Of a stretch of DNA of 64,000 bases, positions 39,686 through 50,098 are shown in pieces (position 1 is the first letter of the stretch; each line of letters opens with the position of its first letter). A model generated the notes under the pieces. That model was not told the origin of the DNA. It worked only from the letters and a program-made list of their open reading frames with translations, and did no database searches. The stretch comes from Candidatus Methanomethylophilaceae archaeon (lineage in GTDB: Archaea; Thermoplasmatota; Thermoplasmata; Methanomassiliicoccales; Methanomethylophilaceae). Location: positions 1 to 64,000 of the forward strand of contig JBMNHS010000001.1 in assembly GCA_050950505.1 (NCBI GenBank), in the 5' to 3' direction. The translations under genes were made by a program, and so were the position numbers.

Positions 39686-40280
39686 GCCAGCGGGCCATTC
39701 TCAATTCTTCCGTGGTGTTTACGTTCACCGCCAGATCGATGCAGGAACATTTGTAGAAACTTTCCTGAAGATAATCCCCGTCAATGGTTCTTTGCCGGTC
39801 CATGATGTTTATTCCCGACATTACCCAGAACTTACCGCCAAGGTTTATCGTGTACGAAGGGGTGATTCCGAACCTTCTGATGGATTCTTCGTCAACCACG
39901 GCAATCATGGATTCCATGTCGGGTTTGAAGGCGTTTGTTATTCCGTCTATCACGTTTGTTGACAATAAAGGTAAATCAGACGGCGACGTCAGAACGAACT
40001 CCGAACTCATCAGTTTCAGGGACGAGTGGAGATCGTCAACATAACTGTCGCCGCTGGTTTTTATGGTTTCATAACCCAGATCGTTGAGATACATCTCCGT
40101 TTGCGGAGTGTTGGAACTTACTGAGATCAATATCGAAGATATGTTTTTCGAGGCTTCCAACGCCGAGATTACATGCATGACCGTCGGTTTCCCTCCGACG
40201 GTCAGCATGGGTTTCTCTATGCCGTTGTTCAGCATCCGTGTGCCTTTTCCGCCTGCGTTTATCAATGCTTCGAATCTCAT
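39669..40280 (-). CDS. cobY: GTP:adenosylcobinamide-phosphate guanylyltransferase
   Basis: AGGKGTRM, EKP, S.NTPQT, YVDDL, SDLP, NVNT.EEL. Confidence 0.9.
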   Translation of the reverse strand: MRFEALINAGGKGTRMLNNGIEKPMLTVGGKPTVMHVISALEASKNISSILISVSSNTPQTEMYLNDLGYETIKTSGDSYVDDLHSSLKLMSSEFVLTSPSDLPLLSTNVIDGITNAFKPDMESMIAVVDEESIRRFGITPSYTINLGGKFWVMSGINIMDRQRTIDGDYLQESFYKCSCIDLAVNVNTTEELRMARWLTEFP

Positions 40281-41473
40281 ATGTAAGTCAACAACTTAGC
40301 AACCAGAAGAAGGACAAACAACATAGAGAAGGCGATAACCGGCCTTGCGATCTCGTTTGTCGCTCCCAATATGTCTCCCGACGTTGAGCCGAATGTCTTG
40401 TCTGCGGTTTTGGCCATTAATTTTCCCACGTATACGGATATCGCTATTCCCGCCAAAAGGGCGACAACCATGGTGACTGCCATACGGGGGAATCCCGATA
40501 TCAAATCATAGGGATAATACATTTTGTGGATTGCCGCTATGACTATCAACACCACAAGTGTGAGTACCAGTCCCACGACGGACAGAATCGACGTCACCGT
40601 TATCGACTTGGTCAACGTTTTGCTGTCTGCCTTTCTGACCTGGGCGGATGCCATGCCGTTACCCGCGGTCCCGTGAACCGCGGCGGAAACCATTGCATTC
40701 TTTATCAGGATTTCCGTAATCGGGATTATGAAAAGCATTGACGCAAATGTAAAGAATGACGCTTGCGCATATATCGCGAATGCCGCCAGTGTCACCACCA
40801 GAGCCACCCCGAAGCCTCCGGCGCCTATGCCGGTGTCCTTCATGGCCCGGATGTGTTTTTCCTGATTTCCCGATGCCACCATTCCGTCTCCGAAATCAAC
40901 AAGTCCGTCAAAATGCAGGAACTTGCTGCCGACAAGAACGGTCGCCAGCACAACGATTGCGACCAACGGGTTCATCGAAAGGTTCAGGAAATAGTCCAAG
41001 ATAAAGAAAATAATTATTTCCAAAGCGACTATGGTTGCGAAAAGCGCGCCTATCACGGGAACCAGATAGAAACGGTCTTCCATTGCTTCCATGTCCTGTT
41101 GCCCAACGTCCTGCCTCCAGATTGTAAAGAAAGATATCATCGCTTTGAGAGCGGATCGATCCTTTTCCCTGGAAGGTTCAAGATGCGACGCATCGTTCAT
41201 ATAAGATTCCGTTCTGACATATTCTTCTTCGGCTTCGGGAATCGGTTCATCATCGAAATCCTCGGATGAATCGTCAGATTTCTCCGCAGATTCTTCCGTT
41301 ACGGGTTCAGAATCGAAACTGTATTCCGAAGAAGATATTCCTCCTGTTGTTCTTGCTTCCGAACCAAGAAACGGACGACCCTGCTTGCCCGACCAACTTT
41401 CGGGCTGTGCATTTTCGCCGGTAGAAATTTCTTCCTCGGACTCCGAAAACAACTCACTCTTCTCCTCTGTCAT
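40277..41473 (-). CDS. cobS: Cobamide synthase with a long acidic N-terminal extension
   Basis: SFFT, LHFDGLVDFGDG, MKD..IGAGG, FG..SGDILGA.NEI; SD AGGAGGTG. Confidence 0.9.
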   Translation of the reverse strand: MTEEKSELFSESEEEISTGENAQPESWSGKQGRPFLGSEARTTGGISSSEYSFDSEPVTEESAEKSDDSSEDFDDEPIPEAEEEYVRTESYMNDASHLEPSREKDRSALKAMISFFTIWRQDVGQQDMEAMEDRFYLVPVIGALFATIVALEIIIFFILDYFLNLSMNPLVAIVVLATVLVGSKFLHFDGLVDFGDGMVASGNQEKHIRAMKDTGIGAGGFGVALVVTLAAFAIYAQASFFTFASMLFIIPITEILIKNAMVSAAVHGTAGNGMASAQVRKADSKTLTKSITVTSILSVVGLVLTLVVLIVIAAIHKMYYPYDLISGFPRMAVTMVVALLAGIAISVYVGKLMAKTADKTFGSTSGDILGATNEIARPVIAFSMLFVLLLVAKLLTYI

Positions 41474-41489
41474 TTCAACACCTCCTGCC

Positions 41490-42599
41490 TCATACTTTAG
41501 TATTTTTTAAGATTGAGACACCCTCGGCAAGACCTTCAACAATCCCTCCGAGAATATATCCTGCCCCCTTGATTTTAAATGGGCGTTTATTATATATCGG
41601 AGACTGAACATTTATATCTGTTTGTCCTGAAACTGATTTGCAAATCTTTATTTTCAAAGTATTGGCTATATCTTTGGACACTTCATCCATCATGGATTGT
41701 GCATCCAACTCGATTTCCCCCGTCAATCTTTCAAAAATAAGATCGGCGGAAACAGCAAATTGGGTCATATTTGCGACATCGCGGTTATCGGTCAATCCGT
41801 CAAGAATTTCATCCAATCCGATGTTGTCATTTTTATCGGAACCGAAACATCCGGATATGTATCCGATCAGCATATCTTTGGAAATTCCCGCTTCGGCCAG
41901 AATATCCAGATAATTTCCGTGGGCATTGTCTCCGCGTTTTATCAGCGAGTCTCTCACATGGAACTTTACGGCTCTCGCCATGGCGATGCCCAACGGAGTT
42001 CCGGTGCCGGAATACGGCTCCCTTTCTTCCCCCGCGGGGGATATGATTGCCATTGAATCGGAAGTGGTCCCCGTTTCTTTGTAACCGAAAGATGCCAATG
42101 CCGCAGATTTGGCTTCGGTTATGGCTATCATGATGTTCACTTTTGCAGCCTGGGTCAAAGGCACCGGCGATACGCCGATGATATTTATCGTCCCTGCCAG
42201 AGCCGCACTTCTTCTTTGGGAAAGTTTCGATCTTCTTTCCCAGTCTTCAAGAACGTCGCCTGCGACTACCTGGTTGCTGAGTCCCGCGGTCACCGCGGCG
42301 AACACTTCGATATCCTCGAATTTTTCCGTTCCGTGGCTAAAAACATGTTTGACTTCCGCCGCGGTCATGAGACCGACGGAAGTGTCCGGAAGTCCCATGG
42401 CTTTGCAGGCCTGTCCGGCGTAGGAGAACGGATCGTCATGCATGAAATTCTTCGGAACCTGCATTACGAAGACCGTGTCCGTGCGTCTGTCTCCGCCGTT
42501 GAATATGGCCGAGCTCAGTATTTCCATTTCCTCACCGAGTCTGATGACCGCAACATCATACCCCTCATAAGTCAGAATTTCGCATTTCGGTATTTTCAT
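41490..42599 (-). CDS. cbiZ: Adenosylcobinamide amidohydrolase with a degenerate CobZ-like C-terminal domain
   Basis: LSSA..NGG, GLMTAA, VTAGLSN, GTINI, TEAK, TGTTSD. Confidence 0.88.
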   Translation of the reverse strand: MKIPKCEILTYEGYDVAVIRLGEEMEILSSAIFNGGDRRTDTVFVMQVPKNFMHDDPFSYAGQACKAMGLPDTSVGLMTAAEVKHVFSHGTEKFEDIEVFAAVTAGLSNQVVAGDVLEDWERRSKLSQRRSAALAGTINIIGVSPVPLTQAAKVNIMIAITEAKSAALASFGYKETGTTSDSMAIISPAGEEREPYSGTGTPLGIAMARAVKFHVRDSLIKRGDNAHGNYLDILAEAGISKDMLIGYISGCFGSDKNDNIGLDEILDGLTDNRDVANMTQFAVSADLIFERLTGEIELDAQSMMDEVSKDIANTLKIKICKSVSGQTDINVQSPIYNKRPFKIKGAGYILGGIVEGLAEGVSILKNTKV

Positions 42600-43618
42600 T
42601 TCAGAACCTCCGCAATCCATTCGATTCCTTTTACGAATAGGTCTTCAAAATATATCTGTACGTGAACCCCGAGGAAGACAAACAACGGCACCGTTACAAG
42701 AATCATGAACAGCACGGATGAAAATTCCACCAGTCTGAGACATCTTCTGATATCTCCGCAGCCCGGGAACCGGGCCTCTTTGTTTATCGTGTATGAATTT
42801 TCTTTGTCCATTTTTATACCCAGTGCTCCGGCGGCGGCGGCCATCGGATATCCGCTGTTCGGACTTGCCGTGACTTTGTTGTCTTCTTTGGTGATTTTCC
42901 ACGAATTCCGCCAATCCATACCCAGAATCGCGGAACCCAGAACAAGGAACAACGCGGATATGCGGGAAGTCAGGAATCCCAATATGTCATCCAGTATTGC
43001 AGGGAATTTTCCCAATTTTTCATATTTTTCGTTCCTGTATCCCCACATGGCATCCATGAGGTTGGCACACCTGTATATGAAAGCCCCCGGAATACCCAGC
43101 AGCCCCATGAAAAACGTCGGGGTGCAGACACTGTCGGCGTAATTCTCCGATATCGTTTCGCAACATGAAGACGCTATGTGCGCCTCGTCCATGCCTTCGG
43201 TGTTCCGACTTACGATCATCCGAACTTTGTCCGCGGCATCAACGGTGTTTCCGTTTTCAAGATCGGAACAGACAGGTTCGCAGTGTTTGTTGAAAGAGAA
43301 TATCGCAAAAGTCAATTTCAGTATGAATGCCGAAGATATTGTCCAGAGGATTTTTCCGTAAGGATCCGGAACGTATGTTCTCAGTACCGCGGTCATTGCA
43401 ATCGCGATGCCTCCGAACAAAATTAAAATGAACAGATAGGATAGGAAACCCAGAACCGTTGCGTAATTCCCGTCGCGCTTTTTCAGACGTTTGTCTATCC
43501 CTCCGAGTATGTTTCCCATCCATCTCAGGGGATGGTACCTGTTCGGAAATTCGCCTATGAACCTGTCAATAAGTATAGCCAGTATCACAATCAGAATCGC
43601 TTCCGACCACAGAGGCAT
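42596..43618 (-). CDS. cbiB: Adenosylcobinamide-phosphate synthase
   Basis: GE.P..HPL.W.G, IVSRNT, ETISEN..D, YR..N..DAM.GY, SPNSGYPMAA.AGAL. Confidence 0.93.
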   Translation of the reverse strand: MPLWSEAILIVILAILIDRFIGEFPNRYHPLRWMGNILGGIDKRLKKRDGNYATVLGFLSYLFILILFGGIAIAMTAVLRTYVPDPYGKILWTISSAFILKLTFAIFSFNKHCEPVCSDLENGNTVDAADKVRMIVSRNTEGMDEAHIASSCCETISENYADSVCTPTFFMGLLGIPGAFIYRCANLMDAMWGYRNEKYEKLGKFPAILDDILGFLTSRISALFLVLGSAILGMDWRNSWKITKEDNKVTASPNSGYPMAAAAGALGIKMDKENSYTINKEARFPGCGDIRRCLRLVEFSSVLFMILVTVPLFVFLGVHVQIYFEDLFVKGIEWIAEVLK

Positions 43619-43622
43619 GATA

Positions 43623-44741
43623 TTACCTCAGTGATCTCACGACGGATTCCGCCGCATCTATGAATTTTTTGTTGCGTTCACGGTCTTTGACGCTGTACCT
43701 GACATAGTTGTCATAAGGTTCGCCGAAAGATGCGCAGTCTCTGAGGGCAATGCCTTCTTTCTGCATCTTCAGGTTCACTTCGGAAGCTTTCATACCGAGA
43801 TGTTCCACAGGTCTGAAATAAAAGAAAGAATCGGAAACGTCGCCATGGGTAAAACCCACTTCCGACAGTCTTTTGTTCATGTATACGGATTCATTTGCCA
43901 TCATTTCCGCGGCATCATGAACATGATTCATACGTTCTTCGAGAAGAACCGTGGCTATGCTCTGTTCGGCATATCCCACGTTCCAGGTCATTCTTACCTT
44001 TTCCATTTGTGCAATCGTGTCGGGGTGACCGAATCCGAATCCTATTCTTATCCCCGGGATCGCAAAAGATTTTGTCAAAGACCCGGCAACCACCAGGTTC
44101 GGGAACCTGTCGACGTATTCCACACATGTGACGTCCCTGTACCCCGGAACCAATTCCAACAGTGTTTCGTCCAGAAACACCAAGACGCCGCTGTCCAGGC
44201 ATTCTTTGACGATTGAAAGTATTTTGTCTCTGGGTTCCACCCGGCCGGTGGGATTGTTCGGATTGCAGATGTACAGCGCCTTCGCCCCGACGATGTGTTC
44301 GGATACGTCTTCGGCATCCAATCTCAGATTGTTTTCAACCGACAGTTCCATATTTCTGACCGTTGCTCCGGCAATCCTGCATTGATGGGCATATTCGGCA
44401 AAAGAAGGTCTGGGTATCACCGCAACCTCGCCTTGTGCCAGAAAAGTATTCGGGAAATTCCTGATTATGTCGGAAGAACCCGCACCGACGGTTATGTTGT
44501 CGTGATTGACTCCGTAAACTTTGGAAATAGCGTCTTTGAGCACAGAACATGAATCGTCGGGATAGTGATCTATTTCAAATCCTGCCTCGGCCAATAATTC
44601 CGATATGTCGTCAGGCGGACCGAAAGGGTTCAGGTTGTGACTGTAGTCTTCCACGTCCTTCAGCATCCACCCCTGTCCTCCGTGCACGGTCTTCGGCAAT
44701 TCCGTCAATTCTTTGCGGACGGCCTCATCTGGGCTAAACAT
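43623..44741 (-). CDS. cobD: L-threonine-O-3-phosphate decarboxylase (PLP, class I/II aminotransferase fold)
   Basis: VHGG, DYS.N.NPFGPP, YPD, CNPNNPTG, SLTKSFAIPGIRIG; in the cob operon. Confidence 0.87.
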   Translation of the reverse strand: MFSPDEAVRKELTELPKTVHGGQGWMLKDVEDYSHNLNPFGPPDDISELLAEAGFEIDHYPDDSCSVLKDAISKVYGVNHDNITVGAGSSDIIRNFPNTFLAQGEVAVIPRPSFAEYAHQCRIAGATVRNMELSVENNLRLDAEDVSEHIVGAKALYICNPNNPTGRVEPRDKILSIVKECLDSGVLVFLDETLLELVPGYRDVTCVEYVDRFPNLVVAGSLTKSFAIPGIRIGFGFGHPDTIAQMEKVRMTWNVGYAEQSIATVLLEERMNHVHDAAEMMANESVYMNKRLSEVGFTHGDVSDSFFYFRPVEHLGMKASEVNLKMQKEGIALRDCASFGEPYDNYVRYSVKDRERNKKFIDAAESVVRSLR

Positions 44742-44850
44742 CGGAAGGATATTACAAGAGTTCGATATAAGGATATGGATGATTCATCCCTCCATGCTCC
44801 GTCAAGCCATAGATAAGAATTCATAACCCTTAATCCATAACCCCGGATTG

Positions 44851-45816
44851 ATGAGTGATATAATCGAGGTCAGAGACCTCACGAGGAAGTTTTCGGTCCG
44901 CCGCAGTCCGGACAAAATAGCGGTGGACGGAATATCTTTCGATGTGAAAGAAGGAGAGATATTCGGACTCCTCGGGCCCAACGGAGCGGGTAAAACCACT
45001 ACGATAAAAATGCTTTCGACCCTGCTGTATCCTTCTTCGGGTTCCGCCAAAGTATTGGGTTATGACATTACCGACGAACGCACCGTCATGGATCTGAGAC
45101 GGAGAATCAATGTTGTCAGCGGCGGAGAAAGAGGATTGTACTACCGATTGACCGCCAGACAGAATTTGAAATTCTTTTCGGATCTTTACGGCATACCGAA
45201 AAATGAACGGGACATCCGATGCGACGAGTTGCTGGAATTGGTGGGGCTGACCCGGGCTTCCGACATAAGAGTGGAGGATTTTTCACGGGGCATGAAACAG
45301 AGACTTCACATAGCCAGAGCTTTGGTCAACGATCCCGAGGTTCTGTATCTGGACGAACCGACCATAGGATTGGATCCCGAAATTTCAAGAAGCATCCGGG
45401 ACATGATCAGAAAATTATCCGATTCGGGGAAAACAATCATTCTCACCACCCATTACATGTATGAAGCCGAAGAGCTCTGCGACAGAATGGTCATATTGTC
45501 CCAAGGCAAAGTGGTGGGCCGCGGAACCGTCGGGAAAATCAAAGACATGGTTTCCGACACTTCCGTGGTTCATATCCTCACCGACAAAGACCCCGCGGAA
45601 GCATTGAAAACACTTGAATCGGATTCGGATATCACCGGAATCATGACCTGTATGGTCGGAGGACGTTACGATACGAGATTCTCCTGTGTTTCCGGGACGC
45701 CGGATCCTCATGCCCACGAAGAAGCGTTCCGTCCTTTCGGAATCAGAACCATAGGGTTGGACGAACCCACTCTTGAAGACGCATACATACGGTTGACGGG
45801 CGGAGAACGGGAATGA
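44851..45816 (+). CDS. ABC transporter ATP-binding protein (DrrA-like)
   Basis: GPNGAGKTT, FSRGMKQR, LDEPTIGLDP, TTHYM, PTLED. Confidence 0.92.
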   Translation: MSDIIEVRDLTRKFSVRRSPDKIAVDGISFDVKEGEIFGLLGPNGAGKTTTIKMLSTLLYPSSGSAKVLGYDITDERTVMDLRRRINVVSGGERGLYYRLTARQNLKFFSDLYGIPKNERDIRCDELLELVGLTRASDIRVEDFSRGMKQRLHIARALVNDPEVLYLDEPTIGLDPEISRSIRDMIRKLSDSGKTIILTTHYMYEAEELCDRMVILSQGKVVGRGTVGKIKDMVSDTSVVHILTDKDPAEALKTLESDSDITGIMTCMVGGRYDTRFSCVSGTPDPHAHEEAFRPFGIRTIGLDEPTLEDAYIRLTGGERE

Positions 45817-46607
45817 ACGCCAGAGCCGTCACCGCAGGATTCAAACAGCAGGCGATTCAGTTCTTCGCGGATCCCCAGTGGATAATTCCCAGTCTGATTT
45901 CCCCTTTTCTGATGACCATGGTCATGATTTTCATCAGTTCCGGCGGTACGGCCATTGAAGGTCCCGTTGTTTTGCAGGCGGTTCTCGGCGGAGGGGTTCT
46001 GGGTATGTGGGCAAGTTCTTTGTTCTCCTCCAGTTCCAGCGTTTCTTTTGACAGGATCAACGGCACTTTCGAACCCATGCTGGGTTCCGGCACAAGAATC
46101 ATTTACGTCCTGGCCGGAAGATCTCTGTGGAGCACTCTCATAGGGTTGATGAATGCCTTCATAGTCTTCGCCATCGCCGAACTCATGTTCGGCACCGGAC
46201 TGAGTCTTGACCGGCCGTTCCTGTTCTTCCTGACCGTTTTGATGACCATGCTTTCGCTGTCCACGGTGGGGCTTCTTATCTCATCATTGTTCGTACTCAC
46301 CAGAAAAGGCGGCACGATAGCCACCGTATTGGAATATCCTTTGTATGTGTTCAGCGGTGCGCTGATTCCCATTTCCCTGCTTCCGGGTTGGATGCATCCC
46401 ATCTCTTACGTTCTGGGACCTTCCTGGGGGGTTGATGCGATGAAGTATGCCGCCCTTCCCGTGCACGAAGGATTGATGGGTATGAGCATCGTCGCCGATA
46501 TCGCAATCTGCATGCTTTTATCAATCGTAATGATTGTGATATCTTATTTTGTGATGCTGTACGTCGAACGCAAGGTTCTGGAATACGGAACCGCAACGAG
46601 GTATTGA
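45813..46607 (+). CDS. ABC-2 type permease
   Basis: Six hydrophobic segments, DR..GT.E, SG...P...LP.W. Confidence 0.88.
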   Translation: MNARAVTAGFKQQAIQFFADPQWIIPSLISPFLMTMVMIFISSGGTAIEGPVVLQAVLGGGVLGMWASSLFSSSSSVSFDRINGTFEPMLGSGTRIIYVLAGRSLWSTLIGLMNAFIVFAIAELMFGTGLSLDRPFLFFLTVLMTMLSLSTVGLLISSLFVLTRKGGTIATVLEYPLYVFSGALIPISLLPGWMHPISYVLGPSWGVDAMKYAALPVHEGLMGMSIVADIAICMLLSIVMIVISYFVMLYVERKVLEYGTATRY

Positions 46608-46608
46608 G

Positions 46609-47403
46609 ATGAGCGGCCCTCTGACCATAGTGGCAAGTGCCGCCAAGATGGACTTCCGATCCAAATTCGCCGTTGTCGGTCCTTTGATGAGACTGGCCGT
46701 GATAATGCTCACAAATCTGTTCAGCATGTACTTTTTCTTCCTGCTGGCATCCTATATCGGAAAATCCGATGTCACGCCGGATTACGTCATAATCGGAAAC
46801 ATGATTCAGAGCATAGCCACTTCCACACTGTATTCCACTTCCAACATATCCAACATGGAAAAACACACAGGTACGTTGGAACCGTTGCTGACCGCACCTT
46901 CCAGAATGTTTTACACCTTCTTCGGAAAATCAATCTTCGGGATACTGAACGGCATCGTCTCGGTCACGGTTTCGATATCTTTCGCCGCATTCGTCTTCGG
47001 CGTTGATTTCAGTTCCGCCAATCTTTCCGTGATTGCGGTCATAGGTCTGCTGACCTGTCTGTCCCTTACGGGAATGGGCATGGCCGTGGGAAGCGTGGGG
47101 CTGTATCTTAGAACATCCTCGATCATCGCAAGTCTGTTCAGTTACATCGGACTGTTGGTCTGCGGAGTGAACTTCCCCGTGTCTTACCTTCCGGGATGGC
47201 TGCAGATATTCTCTTACGCCATGCCCCTGACCTATGCCGTCGACGCAACAAGGATGGCGGTGGGCGGCGCGACGCTGTCCGCCGTCTCACAGCCTCTGAT
47301 GATCATGATCGTGCTGGGTCTGGTGTATCTGATAATTTCTTGGTTCATATTCAATCTGTTTGAAAAGATATCAAGGAAAACAGGAAAAATCGGGTCTTTC
47401 TGA
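46609..47403 (+). CDS. ABC-2 type permease
   Basis: EK..GTLE.LL.AP, G..FP...LP.W, PLTYAVDA.R. Confidence 0.88.
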   Translation: MSGPLTIVASAAKMDFRSKFAVVGPLMRLAVIMLTNLFSMYFFFLLASYIGKSDVTPDYVIIGNMIQSIATSTLYSTSNISNMEKHTGTLEPLLTAPSRMFYTFFGKSIFGILNGIVSVTVSISFAAFVFGVDFSSANLSVIAVIGLLTCLSLTGMGMAVGSVGLYLRTSSIIASLFSYIGLLVCGVNFPVSYLPGWLQIFSYAMPLTYAVDATRMAVGGATLSAVSQPLMIMIVLGLVYLIISWFIFNLFEKISRKTGKIGSF

Positions 47404-47439
47404 ATAGAATTAATAAGAGCTGACGTCTTCGGCGGTTTC

Positions 47440-47931
47440 ATGACAATACTTTCAGACATGGACATAGCTCACGGAATGAGCACGGGATATCTCGGAATCA
47501 ACAATTACTCGGAAAAAAGTCTTACCCCCAACGGATACGACCTGAGAATAGCCGAGATTTCCGTGCGCGGAGATTCCGAACTCAAGACCGAAGGGACGGT
47601 CACGGTTCCTCCCCGCACGATGTTTTATGTTTCAACCGTGGAAAGGGTCCGGCTTCCGTGCGATCTCTGCGCTCAGCTTTGGCTGAGAACCACTTGGATA
47701 AGGAAAGGCATCATCGGAGCATTCGGCAAGATTGACGCGGGATTCGAGGGCACCCTTACTTTGGGAGCCTACAACGCAACCGACGAACCCATCGAACTTC
47801 CCATCGGGGAACGTTTCTGTCAGATGGTGTTTGAAACTCTGACGTCGGTTTCCGGAAAGAATTACGCCGCGAGAAGCGGAAACTACCAGGGACAGACCGG
47901 GGTCACTTTGGAACCTCTGAAGAAGAATTAA
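47440..47931 (+). CDS. dcd: dCTP deaminase (trimeric dUTPase fold)
   Basis: ILSD.DI, PNGYDLR, RTTW.R.G, IDAGFEG.LTL, GNYQGQ. Confidence 0.88.
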   Translation: MTILSDMDIAHGMSTGYLGINNYSEKSLTPNGYDLRIAEISVRGDSELKTEGTVTVPPRTMFYVSTVERVRLPCDLCAQLWLRTTWIRKGIIGAFGKIDAGFEGTLTLGAYNATDEPIELPIGERFCQMVFETLTSVSGKNYAARSGNYQGQTGVTLEPLKKN

Positions 47932-48935
47932 TTCTTCATTATATCGAAAACGTAAACGCTCATGGTGGGCGAATAAGTTTTCAGTTCCGAAGTACGGACA
48001 ATGGATATGTCATAGCCTCCGGCTTTGGCTTTTTCGGTGATGTTTGAAACGAAGTTGTTCAAATCCGTCCGCTCAAGGACTCTGTGAAGATGGATTGTCG
48101 CGCCGGATTTCGCGGATTTCAAAGCGGAATCAAGGAACTCTTCCGAAGATTGGGGGAGATTCATGATTATCCTGTCGGCGGGGGGAAGGTCTTTGATGAC
48201 TTCCCGTGCGTCGCCTATTATCGGAACGATGCATTCCGCATCGTTCAGTTCGATGTTCTTTTTCATAAACCGTTCGGCTTCGGGGTTCAGATCTATGGCG
48301 TAAACGATTTTTGGGAATGCGAGCTTTGATATGACCACGGGAAAAGGCGCCACCCCCGAAAACATGTCTATGACAGTTTCTCCTTTTTTCACTTCGAGAG
48401 CCGTTCTCGCCCGTTCCCCCGCCAAACGGGGATTGAAATAAACCAGGGAAGGATCGGTGGCTATCTTCGTGCCGAATTCTTTATGAACGGTTTCCGAAGT
48501 TCCCGTCCCGGCTATCTTTTCCAGTTCGCGGATTCTGAATTCTCCTTTGACTCCGTCGTCCAGCATCACGGCGCGGATGTTCGGAGAAGCTTCGATCATC
48601 GCCTCGCCGATGCGTTCTTTGTACGGCAAAAGGATATCTGTGAGTTTTATCAGCGCAATGTCGCCTATTATATCATAAGAGTTGGGCAGTTCTTCGGCCA
48701 ACCAATCGGGGAAATCCAGAACTTCTTTGTAATCCGCCGGGCGGATTACCTGTTCCTCCCCTTCGAATTCTTCGGTTCCGTATCCTTCGAAGGAATCGCA
48801 CAGAACGGGCATTATGAGGAAATCTCCGTCTGCGCGTATTTTGTACCGTCTGTCCAAAAGGTCCGCGTCAATGAGGCGGGCCCGGACGGATTCTCCCTCT
48901 TTCTTAGGAATCCGGATGCAGCGTGGCATATTCAT
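47928..48935 (-). CDS. trm5: tRNA (guanine37-N1) methyltransferase, Trm5/Taw22 family
   Basis: YDIIGDIA, GEFRIR.LE.IAG, YF.PRL..ER, DMFSGV.PF, IIMNLP. Confidence 0.82.
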   Translation of the reverse strand: MNMPRCIRIPKKEGESVRARLIDADLLDRRYKIRADGDFLIMPVLCDSFEGYGTEEFEGEEQVIRPADYKEVLDFPDWLAEELPNSYDIIGDIALIKLTDILLPYKERIGEAMIEASPNIRAVMLDDGVKGEFRIRELEKIAGTGTSETVHKEFGTKIATDPSLVYFNPRLAGERARTALEVKKGETVIDMFSGVAPFPVVISKLAFPKIVYAIDLNPEAERFMKKNIELNDAECIVPIIGDAREVIKDLPPADRIIMNLPQSSEEFLDSALKSAKSGATIHLHRVLERTDLNNFVSNITEKAKAGGYDISIVRTSELKTYSPTMSVYVFDIMKN

Positions 48936-49728
48936 CGTCTTCAATGATCTCCTCGGGAGCTCCGGTGAAACGGACCAACGCGTAGGACTCCATAAAGTGC
49001 AGGTTGCCCGGCAGCACCAAAGTGCTCAGCGGAGATCCCACATCCCTTTCGAGAAGATCTCTCGGATAACCGGTAACGATTTTTTCATCGGGAGAACCGA
49101 GTTTGGAAGCCACGCATACAACAGTCTTTTCGTCAATCAGGCCTTCGCCCCATTCTTCTTCGCTGTCCAACAGCCATTCGATCGCTTCGTGGGCGGTCAT
49201 GTAGATTCCTTCGGGTTCTCTGATGTCCAGAAGAAGCATGGTGTGCAGTCCCCGTTTCTTGTTTTCAAGTATGTGGTCGTAAGGGGATTTGGGACGGTAT
49301 CCTCTTTCGTACAGCGGCAAAGTCACGGTGCGTCCGAATTTATACGGTTGGAGGCCCAAAGCCGCGGGACATGCCACGAACACGGAAACCCCATAGTATA
49401 TTTTTACGGGTATGTTTTCTTCGTAAGCCTGAATGCGGAGATCGACATGGGTGGTTGCCATCATCGTGTCTCCGGCAGTGACGAAGCCTACCTTCATCTT
49501 CTTGGCATCCTCTATTATTTCAAACTCTTCCTCGACCTGCGCCCGCTGAAGAAGTTCGATGGGCTTTCCGATGAGACTTTCTAACTCGCTCATATCGGCA
49601 CCGATCAATTTGGATGTGTAAAATTCAGCGTATATTTTGTCGCATTCCTTCAAGGCTTTCAACGCTTCAATGGTCATTCCGTCCGTGCCGCTCATTCCGA
49701 GTCCGACGAACACCAATTCAGAGGTCAT
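48904..49728 (-). CDS. dph5: Diphthine synthase
   Basis: VGLG, EFYTS, GD.M.ATTH, YKFGRTVT, GLHT.LLLD, LHFME. Confidence 0.94.
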   Translation of the reverse strand: MTSELVFVGLGMSGTDGMTIEALKALKECDKIYAEFYTSKLIGADMSELESLIGKPIELLQRAQVEEEFEIIEDAKKMKVGFVTAGDTMMATTHVDLRIQAYEENIPVKIYYGVSVFVACPAALGLQPYKFGRTVTLPLYERGYRPKSPYDHILENKKRGLHTMLLLDIREPEGIYMTAHEAIEWLLDSEEEWGEGLIDEKTVVCVASKLGSPDEKIVTGYPRDLLERDVGSPLSTLVLPGNLHFMESYALVRFTGAPEEIIEDDEYATLHPDS

Positions 49729-50098
49729 GAAATCCGGAGTACGCTTGTCTGATTAAAGGATTCCTAATTTCTTTCCGGCGGGATTCACAATTCACAATCG
49801 GAGTGATGTTTGTTTGTTCTGATGTTTCTGAGTTCAGTATACCTTTGTCGCCATTTGTTGGACATAATATATTTATATGACTTATTGAAAAAACCCATAT
49901 TCGATTCCATTAATCTACAAAATTAATACTATAATAATTGTAAAAACTCTAAAATTTAATTTCTTTATATATTAATCAACCAAAAAAATAGTAAATGAAC
50001 TTAAATTACTATGGACATAGCATCCAACCTCGAATTGTTATTTATATGCTGTAGAAAAATATAACATTCAGCTCTGAAAAAGAGCAGGAGTGAAAAAA

